Both the position numbers and the translations under genes were made by a program. This document shows positions 21,397 to 29,357 of a stretch of DNA of 32,000 nucleotides, piece by piece (positions within the stretch are counted from its first letter, which is position 1; each line of letters opens with the position of its first letter). The stretch spans positions 210,001-242,000 of the forward strand of contig NZ_CP046578.1 in the NCBI RefSeq assembly GCF_013365455.1, written 5' to 3'. A model generated the notes under the pieces. That model was not told where the DNA came from and did not search any database. It saw nothing but the letters and a program-made list of their open reading frames with translations. This stretch comes from Wolbachia endosymbiont of Dirofilaria (Dirofilaria) immitis (GTDB lineage Bacteria > Pseudomonadota > Alphaproteobacteria > Rickettsiales > Anaplasmataceae).

Positions 21397-22812
21397 GTGA
21401 AGGAAGATTTGAAAGATAAGATAAAAAAAATAGTAATTTCAGGAAAGGAAGTATGGCCAATCATTGAGGGTGGTAAAGGTATTGCAATTAGTGACGGGAG
21501 ATCAAGTGGGGCATTTGCTGCAGCAGGTGCTGTTGGTACATTTTCTGGTGCAAATGCTAAGCTTATTGATGATAATGGTGAGTTGATACCGCTGATTTAT
21601 AAGGGTAAAACAAGAAATGAAAAACATGAAGAGTTGATTGAATATAGCATTGAAGCTGGAATCAGTCAGGCAAAAATAGCTAATGAAATATCGCAAGGCT
21701 GTGGAAGAATACACATGAATGTGTTGTGGGAGATGGGGGCAGCAGAACGTGTGCTTCATGGGATATTAGAAAAGGCGAGAGGTTTAGTGCATGGTATTAC
21801 CTGCGGTGCTGGTATGCCTTACAGGCTTGGAGAAATTGCAGCTAAATATCAGGTTTATTATTATCCTATTATTTCATCAGTACGTGCTTTTAAAGCATTA
21901 TGGAAGCGCGCTTACCAAAAAGTATCTTCTTTTTTGCTTGGTGGAGTAGTGTATGAGGATCCATGGCTTGCTGGTGGGCATAATGGGCTCAGTAATAGTG
22001 AAGATCCAACGTTGCCACAAGCTCCATTTAAAAGGGTTGCAGAACTTAGATCTTTCATGAGTGAGGTTGGCCTTTCTGAAGCGCCAATTGTTATGGCAGG
22101 AGGGGTGTGGCATTTAAAAGATTGGGAACACTGGTTTGATAATTTGCAAATTGGACCAATAGCTTTTCAGTTTGGTACTCGTCCGCTTTTGACTAAGGAA
22201 AGTCCAATTTCTGTGAAGTGGAAAAATAAATTATTAACTTTAGAAGAGGGTGATGTGGTTTTAAATAAGTTTAGCCCAACAGGATTTTACTCATCTGCAG
22301 TGAAAAATAACTTTATACGTGAATTGCAGGAACGAAACTTACGTCAAGTGAAATTTTCAGAGAATGCCAGCAAAGAATTTAATAGTGAATTTGCAGTTGG
22401 TGCAAGAGGTAGAAAGGTCTATCTAACTGCAGAGGATAAAAGACTGGTAAATACGTGGACTAAAGCAGGGTATACAGAAGTAATGAAAACTCCAGATACA
22501 ACTATTATTTTTGTAACACCAGATAAATTTGCAGAGATAAGGCAGGATCAAATTAATTGTATGGGATGTTTGAGTCATTGTCTGTTTAGTAATTGGAAAG
22601 ATCGTGGTAACCATTCGACAGGTCGGAAGCCAGATCCACGAAGTTTCTGTATACAAAAGACGCTGCAAAGCGTTATGCGTGATGGTGATATTGAAAATGA
22701 ACTTGTGTTTTCTGGGCATAATGTATACAAATTTAAGCAAGATCCATTTTACAAGAATGGTTATATACCAACAGTAAGAGAATTAGTGGAAAGAATGCTA
22801 ACTGGATATTGA
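21397..22812 (+). CDS. nitronate monooxygenase / 2-nitropropane dioxygenase family flavoprotein (long form)
   Basis: 471 aa from a GTG start. TIM-barrel NMO-like motifs (GITCGAGMPY, VMAGGVWH, GTRPLLTKES) plus a C-terminal extension of about 100 aa with CMGCLSHC...C. Confidence 0.75.
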   Translation: MKEDLKDKIKKIVISGKEVWPIIEGGKGIAISDGRSSGAFAAAGAVGTFSGANAKLIDDNGELIPLIYKGKTRNEKHEELIEYSIEAGISQAKIANEISQGCGRIHMNVLWEMGAAERVLHGILEKARGLVHGITCGAGMPYRLGEIAAKYQVYYYPIISSVRAFKALWKRAYQKVSSFLLGGVVYEDPWLAGGHNGLSNSEDPTLPQAPFKRVAELRSFMSEVGLSEAPIVMAGGVWHLKDWEHWFDNLQIGPIAFQFGTRPLLTKESPISVKWKNKLLTLEEGDVVLNKFSPTGFYSSAVKNNFIRELQERNLRQVKFSENASKEFNSEFAVGARGRKVYLTAEDKRLVNTWTKAGYTEVMKTPDTTIIFVTPDKFAEIRQDQINCMGCLSHCLFSNWKDRGNHSTGRKPDPRSFCIQKTLQSVMRDGDIENELVFSGHNVYKFKQDPFYKNGYIPTVRELVERMLTGY

Positions 22813-24328
22813 ATTATATTCAAGCTGATAAAATAATGTTGATTTATTGAAGTGAGTGCTTATTAATTTAGGGAGGTGCTTGTAGTGGTGAACAACAGTA
22901 CTTTAAAGAGGTGTATATTAACCTATATGAAAAAGTTCAGTAGTAGTGATAGTGTTCAAGAATTTTTGTAATTGTGGCGATGTATAAGACATTATAGATT
23001 AGAATAAATAAGAGGTTTTTAAAGGTTTATGTGAATAATTTACTGTGCAGGTCTAAATTCAATTAATGGGTTCAATATGAAAAACGGAAATGATCAACAT
23101 GACGCTAGGAATAGCAGGTACCTTAAAAGTTTTTGGATTATATATGTGCTCAAATGATAATGGTTTAGGTTTTTGAAGTTTTTTTATTATTATGTATGTT
23201 AATACTTTGCTTGTGTGGTCACATTACTAATGTGATAGATTTGACTATGGTAATAACAACTGTTAAAGCAAAAAGGATAAAAAAATCTGAAAAGACAATA
23301 GAGAGTTATTAGCTTTAGGTACTAGTGGCTGTAGTTGATGTATTGCTTTCTGTGCCTTTGTATGTTGTTTCTGTTCTAATAATCAAGAAGTTAAAAAATC
23401 AGAAAAGATAAATTCACTAATAGTGAACTTTAGGTATTAAAGAATGTAAAAATTGTAATTGCATTATTTTTTAGCAGCTATGATGCCAGGTTAGGCTATT
23501 TAGTTTAACTTCACTAGTGGTTTTACTTTTAAAGTGAACCGAGATAAAGGAATAAAGATATTATAAGAGCGCTAAAGAAGTGATAGAAAGCTATAAAATA
23601 GGGTCTAATTGTGAATTACTCATCCTTATTCTCTTACTATCCCTAAGCTTTTTTCCTGCTGGCAGTAGCTAAATTTCTTCTGGTCAGTTTCTATAATTGT
23701 AATGTAATAGAACAAGGATCTAAAAATTATGGTAAGTAAGCTTATTTTAGGCCTAGAGCTGTATAAACATTTTGATTTTAGTCTACGGAGAGCTGCTATT
23801 TAAGTAGCAGATACTGAGAGATCTAAAAAAAAGAAATGTAGGTTCTAATATTACGTACTGGAGTGCGTGCCGTTTAGTGTGGAAATAAATATTCTTTTAT
23901 AATTGTGTAATAATAAATGTTAAGAAATTTCTTAAAATAGAAAAAGGTAGAAGGAGTCCTATGATAAATGGTTGTTTGCTCTGGTCCTACAGATTAGTAT
24001 TTTATACTATTTTTAATAACTATAGGTATGTTCTCGTCTTGAGAGCTTTAGATCATTTAGTAGGGTTAATAAAAGTACGGGATACATGTGGTGTAAAGAT
24101 TGGATATGAGATACTAGCTGTGCAGTACTTTTATCATTGACCTGTATAGGTTGGAGGTAACTAAATAACTTCAGTATCATGATGAAAGTAGTTAGTAAAG
24201 ATTATTGAGTTGTTTTATAGTCAAGCTTGAATTGCTAAAGGTTATGAAATGTTTGTGAAGTTATTGTGCATGAAAGTTTTATTTACTCTACAACATGCTT
24301 ACTTATAATAATGTTGATGTAGAAATGA

Positions 24329-24877
24329 ATGGAGGAGATATTGAAAAAAAAAGGCTATAATGTTAGAAAATTGAAAGGAAATTTTTTAGAACAAGCAATT
24401 AGAGTAAATCATGCTGGGGAATATGGAGCTGTTTGTATTTATTCTGGTCAAAAATTTATTCTTAAAGGATCTTCTATAATCAGCAAAATAATTGAGATGG
24501 AAGAACAAGAAAAGAAGCATTTTCGCTATTTTAGTGAAAAAATTAAAGAACAAAAAATTCGTCCTACTATTTTATTACCAATTTGGCATGTATTAGGAGT
24601 GTCGCTTGGTGTTGTAACAGCCATTATGGGCAAAAAAGCTGCTATGGCTTGTACTGCTGCAGTTGAGGAAGTGATCGAAGAGCACTACAAAGAGCAAGTT
24701 TTGCATTTAGAAAATGGAGAATTAAAGGAAACTATAAGTAAATTTCGTGATGAAGAGCTAGAACATAGGGATATTGCAATTGAATACAACGCTAAAAACG
24801 CATTTTGTTATAATGTCTTATCTTTATTTATAAAAACAAGTTGTAAAGCTGCTATTTATTTATCTAAGTTAATTTGA
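24329..24877 (+). CDS. coq7: demethoxyubiquinone hydroxylase (Coq7 family)
   Basis: 182 aa with di-iron carboxylate motifs (RVNHAGEYGA, EEQEKKHF, EEVIEEHY, DEELEHRD). Confidence 0.9.
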   Translation: MEEILKKKGYNVRKLKGNFLEQAIRVNHAGEYGAVCIYSGQKFILKGSSIISKIIEMEEQEKKHFRYFSEKIKEQKIRPTILLPIWHVLGVSLGVVTAIMGKKAAMACTAAVEEVIEEHYKEQVLHLENGELKETISKFRDEELEHRDIAIEYNAKNAFCYNVLSLFIKTSCKAAIYLSKLI

Positions 24878-24883
24878 CTAATT

Positions 24884-24913
24884 TTCAAGTAAATTTTTGT
24901 TTGCTGGTATAAT
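24884..24913 (+). promoter_or_regulatory. putative extended -10 promoter for ppa
   Basis: TTCAAG (24884-24889), an 18-nt spacer, then TGGTATAAT (24905-24913, TGn extended -10), about 55 nt upstream of the ppa ATG. Confidence 0.3.
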
Positions 24914-24967
24914 ATAGCAACTGGTGGTATATATTGTATAATGTTTACTCTTAGTAAAAATTAGTCT

Positions 24968-25474
24968 ATGGATTTGAGTAAAATAACTGTAACATCGGAT
25001 ATAGTAAATGTAATAATTGAAATAGGTGCAAACGCTAAACCTGTAAAGTATGAGTTTAATAAGGAAATTGGATTATTACAAGTTGACAGATTTTTATCTA
25101 CTGCAATGTCCTACCCTTGTAATTATGGATTTGTGCCAAATACCTGTGCAGGTGATGGTGATCCTGTAGATGCTTTGGTGTTAACTCAATATCCCTTAGC
25201 ATCTGGTGTTTTAATATCAGTGCGTCTAATAGGTGCTCTGCTTACTAAGGATGAAAAAGGAGAAGATGAGAAAGTGCTAGCTATACCTGTTTCTAGTGTT
25301 GATAGTTATTATGATAATGTGAAAAATTATTCTGATCTACCTAAAAGCCTGCTAGATAAAATTGCTCATTTCTTTTTACATTATAAAGACCTAGAGGAGA
25401 GAAAAACAGTAATAGTTGGAGAATGGGTCGGTATGGAAGAAGCTAAAAAGATCATTGGAAATGCTGTTAGGTAA
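24968..25474 (+). CDS. ppa: inorganic pyrophosphatase (family I)
   Basis: 168 aa with active-site motifs YPCNYGFVPNT and DGDPVDALVL. Confidence 0.95.
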   Translation: MDLSKITVTSDIVNVIIEIGANAKPVKYEFNKEIGLLQVDRFLSTAMSYPCNYGFVPNTCAGDGDPVDALVLTQYPLASGVLISVRLIGALLTKDEKGEDEKVLAIPVSSVDSYYDNVKNYSDLPKSLLDKIAHFFLHYKDLEERKTVIVGEWVGMEEAKKIIGNAVR

Positions 25475-25595
25475 GGCTTTGCTTTTTATATAATTGATTT
25501 TCTGCTGTTAGTGTAAAGTGTTGCTATTTAAAAGCGTTAGACAGGTTGTGAAGTCTTAGTATTATAGTATAGTGTAAACTTGGAGCTTAAGGTTT

Positions 25596-25686
25596 GGAGA
25601 GGTGGCCGAGCGGCTAAAGGCGGCGGTTTGCTAAACCGTTATATGATTAAAAAGTCATATCGAGGGTTCGAATCCCTCTCTCTCCG
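25596..25686 (+). tRNA. tRNA-Ser (anticodon GCU)
   Basis: 91-nt class II tRNA. Acceptor GGAGAGG/TCTCTCC, D arm GCC/GGC, anticodon stem GCGGT/ACCGT with loop TTGCTAA, a long variable arm (TATATGATTAAAAAGTCATATC), and T arm GAGGG-TTCGAAT-CCCTC. Confidence 0.9.
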
Positions 25687-26295
25687 TGTACTATTGACAT
25701 AATAAATAATTGGCTATGTTAATCTATTTTTATCATTATTTGTATGTGGCAGTTAGATTGTATTGTTTGTTAATGGAGAAAAGCTATGGGATTGAGTAAG
25801 TTGGAACTGGAAGGGATAATTAGTTCAGTGAATAGTAAAATTGGATTAAATAGTAGTAATATAATTGGAAAAATATAAAGGCTTGCTTATATATTAAAAA
25901 GCGGGAGAAAGAGTAGTTTGATATGAATCACCTGTTTTGCTGTACAAAATAACTAACTTAATGAATACTATGAGAAAGTTATATTTATACACACGACTAC
26001 TATAGTTGGTGCTACAAATTTAGTAAGAGCTTTATTAGAGGTAGAAGGAGTAGTGTTGATCTAAGGTATGAAAACAGAAGAATTATAATTGTTATACAAG
26101 ATTTTAGAAGAAGAAAACCTAAAGAGAATATGATAATGAGCAGGTTAGAATAATATGGCGTTTAATTTTGCATTATTTGTGTAGGCATTTTATGCAAAGT
26201 AGATATTCTGTACGTCTTAATAACCATTCATCTCTACATGCTTGTTTTTTGTTATAGATTAATTATTTGATTGTAGTATCATTTTAGTTAAACTT

Positions 26296-27453
26296 ATGCT
26301 TAGGATATTTATGAAGTCTGTTTTATGCTTTGCGTTAATATTTGGTGTATTTGGGTTGACAAGCCTATTTGCTGTAGAGCAGCTTGAGGAAAAAAAAGTT
26401 GATGCAGATAGATTAATTAGTCCTATACATGAAGATGTAGGTATAGAAAAGGATCTAAAGCAAGATTTACCAGAGAGCGTGACCCAACAAGGTAACGATC
26501 TAGAATCTTTCGAAAGCGAAGTTGGTGGATTGAGTGTTGAAAAGATACAAAATAACGAAGCTAGAAAAGCGGAGAGTAAAGAAGAGCTACAACGTGATAG
26601 GAATGAGGCTTCTGTAGTTGAAAAGGCTGTGAATGAAGTAGGGGAGAATAATAAAGATTTACAGGATTTTAGCAATAATCTGTTAAGGGAAGATAAAAAT
26701 GAGGTAGCTCTAAATTTACCAAGTGTAGTCGATAGGGAAGTTAACAGAAATTTTATTTTTCCTCCAGGTACTGGTTTAAGTGGAAACGTAACTGATCTAC
26801 AAGTTAATAGAAAAGTTGATGTTGAGAAGAATAAGCGTTTGAAAAATAATATAAATAAGTTATTAGAAGAAAGAAAGTTAGAAGGCCAAGTTAGAAAAGA
26901 GAGAGTGAAAAAATTAGCTGAAGGCTGTAATATAGGAGAACCTATCATTAAAAAGGATGAGAAAGGTGAACGAGAGGAAGAGAGTAGTTTACAAAGGTGG
27001 GCAAGGTTAAACAAAGAACCAGTAAAAGAATGGCATTATAAAAATGCACAAGATAAGTTGATATATAAGCGGCAATATGATACTCTTAATGAGCATCTTC
27101 CAACAACTGTATTTATTGGTGACTATAGTAAGCAGCTTTTTTATTGTATCAAAAAGGGTAACTTGATTTGCTTGAGAGGAATAATAAGTAAATTAGAAAA
27201 GCTTGGATTAACAGTTCAAGAGGTACTGAAGTTTAGAAATAAACTTGGAGATACCCCTTTAATTTATGCAGTTAAGCAAGGTGAGATAGATGTAGTGCGT
27301 TTTCTCTTGTTACAAGGTGCTGATACTAGAGCGGTCAATCATAGTCTCAAATCTTCTATTGATATAGCAATTGAAAAAGAACGGATTGATATGGTAAATG
27401 CAATTGCTGAAATGATGCCGTGTTTTTTGGAACATAAAGAAGTAGACAGTTAA
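26296..27453 (+). CDS. secreted/exported ankyrin-repeat protein
   Basis: 385 aa. N-terminal signal-like segment MLRIFMKSVLCFALIFGVFGLTSLFA/VEQ, then about 250 aa of E/K/N-rich low-complexity sequence, then C-terminal ankyrin repeats (GDTPLIYAVKQGEIDVVRFLLLQGADTRAVN). Confidence 0.85.
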   Translation: MLRIFMKSVLCFALIFGVFGLTSLFAVEQLEEKKVDADRLISPIHEDVGIEKDLKQDLPESVTQQGNDLESFESEVGGLSVEKIQNNEARKAESKEELQRDRNEASVVEKAVNEVGENNKDLQDFSNNLLREDKNEVALNLPSVVDREVNRNFIFPPGTGLSGNVTDLQVNRKVDVEKNKRLKNNINKLLEERKLEGQVRKERVKKLAEGCNIGEPIIKKDEKGEREEESSLQRWARLNKEPVKEWHYKNAQDKLIYKRQYDTLNEHLPTTVFIGDYSKQLFYCIKKGNLICLRGIISKLEKLGLTVQEVLKFRNKLGDTPLIYAVKQGEIDVVRFLLLQGADTRAVNHSLKSSIDIAIEKERIDMVNAIAEMMPCFLEHKEVDS

Positions 27454-27499
27454 GAAAGTCTAGAGATATATAATTAGACTATGAAGATAAAGGAAGGTA

Positions 27500-29311
27500 A
27501 TGAATTGGAATGTGATGGTTAGATTGTTGGTATTGATTTTGGCTGGTCATTTGTGTTATGGAAATGAGGGAAACAATAAAAAATATCTGGTCAGTGATTT
27601 TTTGAACGCTTTGCATAAGGTGAAATATCTATCTTATAATAAGGAGAGCTTTGCTAAATTTCTGGTGAAGTGCCACAGAGAAGGTTTACCGGAAGATTTT
27701 GGAAAAGGTTTTGGTTCTGCTTTAAATGGAGCTAATTTTAGTCGATTGTACCTGAATAGATCCGTTTTTGATGGAGTCAGTTTAATTGGTGCTGATTTTT
27801 CTCATGCTGACTTATCAGGTGTATCATTTGTTAATGCTGATTTGCGTGGGGCTAATTTTTCTCATGCTGATTTACGAGGTGTAAGAATAGAAGGTGCAAA
27901 CTTGAGTTTTGCAAAATTTGTTTCTGCAAATTTGACGGATGTTACATTTAGTCAGTCTGATATTAGTTATGCTGAGTTTATTAACTCTGATCTCAAAGGA
28001 GTGAGAATGCACAACATAACTGGATTACATACTAATTTCTCAAATATAAAAATGAATCTTTCTAGCTTATTGGACTCAAATGTTAATTATGTAAACTTTA
28101 GTGATAGTGAAATAGATAATACTGTTGTGCAAAGGAGCAGTCTTGATAACGCGGATTTTTTTGGAATGGATTCATATAAATTAAAAGTGCAATTTTCCTC
28201 ATTGGAGAACGCTAATGTATATGGTGCGGAAATAAAGGAATCAGATTTTACGGGTAGTAATCTTTCTAATGTTTACCTTAATTCTTCTATTATAATCGAT
28301 AGTAACTTTAATATGACTAATTTGAGCAATGCACAAATTTCCTATGTAAGTAGTGATGGTTCGAGTTTTGTCCGATCCATACTGAATGGTTCTAAGATAA
28401 AACATTTGTATGCTTCTGATATTACTCTCTGGGATGCTGATTTATCTAATATTGATTTTAGTTCTAGTGAACTACATCAAGTTAATGTTTCTGATTCTGA
28501 TATTCGTCACGGGAAATTTGATAGTACTAAAGTTGCAAATTCTAACATGAGCGGCTCGTTTTTTGACTATTCATTATTTACCTCTGCAGAGGTAAATAAT
28601 ACAGACCTTTCTGCAGTTTCAATGTACAAGGTTAAAGTACAAGGTTCTCAAATTTATAACAGTAAACTCTCTTTCCATAGCATTGATTCTAGTGAAATAG
28701 AGTACTCAATATTTTTTAATTCAATAGCAGATAGCTCAAGCTGGTTTAATCTGAAAGTAACTAATTCAAATTTTGTTAAGAATAATTTTGAATCTTCTTT
28801 GCTTCGCGATAATGCTTTTAAGAAAACAGGCTTTTTTCTTAGTAATTTTGGTAATTCGACAATTGATAATACATCTTTCCATTCTTCAAGCATATACAAA
28901 GGTTCAGTTACTGATGTTCACTTAGTAGATTGTAATTTTGACCATTCAATTTTAATTGATAACGAAGGGCAGGAAAAGCTTGCAGGTTTAGAAAGTGCTA
29001 TAACCTCGATTAAGGATTTACAAGAAGAGATATTACGGAATAAAAGATTTGATGTAAATTATGCCTACTTTGAGTTCAAAGACATGAATCTAAAGAATGC
29101 TGATTTTTCTGGTTCGATGTTGAGTAGAGCAAAGTTTATAAATGTTAATTTGGATAAGGCAACCCTTGAAAAAACTGATTTACGCTATGCTGTTTTTCAT
29201 AATTCTTCTCTAATTGGTACTAATTTATTGGATTCTAACTTAGATCATTCCAGCTTTTTAAAATCTGATTTGAAGGGTGCTATATTGAGAGGTTCAGAGT
29301 TTAGTAAATGA
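27500..29311 (+). CDS. exported pentapeptide-repeat protein (603 aa)
   Basis: Signal-like N-terminus MNWNVMVRLLVLILAGHLCYG/NEG. From about aa 77 to 487 there is a continuous A(D/N)LxX-type 5-residue periodicity (ADFSHADLSGVSFVNADLRGANFSHADLRGV...). A non-repeat helical segment follows, then a second repeat block of about 80 aa. Confidence 0.88.
   Translation: MNWNVMVRLLVLILAGHLCYGNEGNNKKYLVSDFLNALHKVKYLSYNKESFAKFLVKCHREGLPEDFGKGFGSALNGANFSRLYLNRSVFDGVSLIGADFSHADLSGVSFVNADLRGANFSHADLRGVRIEGANLSFAKFVSANLTDVTFSQSDISYAEFINSDLKGVRMHNITGLHTNFSNIKMNLSSLLDSNVNYVNFSDSEIDNTVVQRSSLDNADFFGMDSYKLKVQFSSLENANVYGAEIKESDFTGSNLSNVYLNSSIIIDSNFNMTNLSNAQISYVSSDGSSFVRSILNGSKIKHLYASDITLWDADLSNIDFSSSELHQVNVSDSDIRHGKFDSTKVANSNMSGSFFDYSLFTSAEVNNTDLSAVSMYKVKVQGSQIYNSKLSFHSIDSSEIEYSIFFNSIADSSSWFNLKVTNSNFVKNNFESSLLRDNAFKKTGFFLSNFGNSTIDNTSFHSSSIYKGSVTDVHLVDCNFDHSILIDNEGQEKLAGLESAITSIKDLQEEILRNKRFDVNYAYFEFKDMNLKNADFSGSMLSRAKFINVNLDKATLEKTDLRYAVFHNSSLIGTNLLDSNLDHSSFLKSDLKGAILRGSEFSK
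27791..27883 (+). repeat. internal direct duplication within the pentapeptide-repeat gene
   Basis: GCTGATTTTTCTCATGCTGACTTATCAGGTGTA (27791-27823) and GCTAATTTTTCTCATGCTGATTTACGAGGTGTA (27851-27883) are 29/33 identical and offset by exactly 60 bp (20 aa). Confidence 0.85.
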
Positions 29312-29357
29312 GGAACTTTATGATATTCTTGTTGAATTTCTTTTTTTTAAAGAAAGA

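Noticed and set aside
23150-23176. tmRNA-like tag reading frame (S-NDNGLGF-stop), reminiscent of the alphaproteobacterial ANDN… tags
   Set aside because: There is no Ala resume codon and no hydrophobic …LAA/VAA tag end. No tRNA-like T-arm (GGTTCGAATCC) or acceptor piece lies anywhere nearby. Probably coincidence.
23946-23958. 13-mer AGGTAGAAGGAGT shared between 23946-23958 and 26039-26051
   Set aside because: My rough composition-based estimate gives a few such 12- to 13-mer matches by chance in a window this size, and the flanks do not align.
26259-27014. 251-aa ORF on the minus strand, antisense to the ankyrin gene
   Set aside because: It is an extremely S/L/F-rich low-complexity translation. 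This is the mirror image of the E/K-rich sense strand, so it is a shadow ORF, and the plus-strand product has a signal peptide and ankyrin repeats.
25596-29357. Idea that tRNA-Ser through the ankyrin and pentapeptide genes is an integrated island
   Set aside because: There is no direct repeat of the tRNA 3' end downstream, no integrase or mobility gene, and no obvious compositional difference from the flanks. The tRNA adjacency alone is insufficient.
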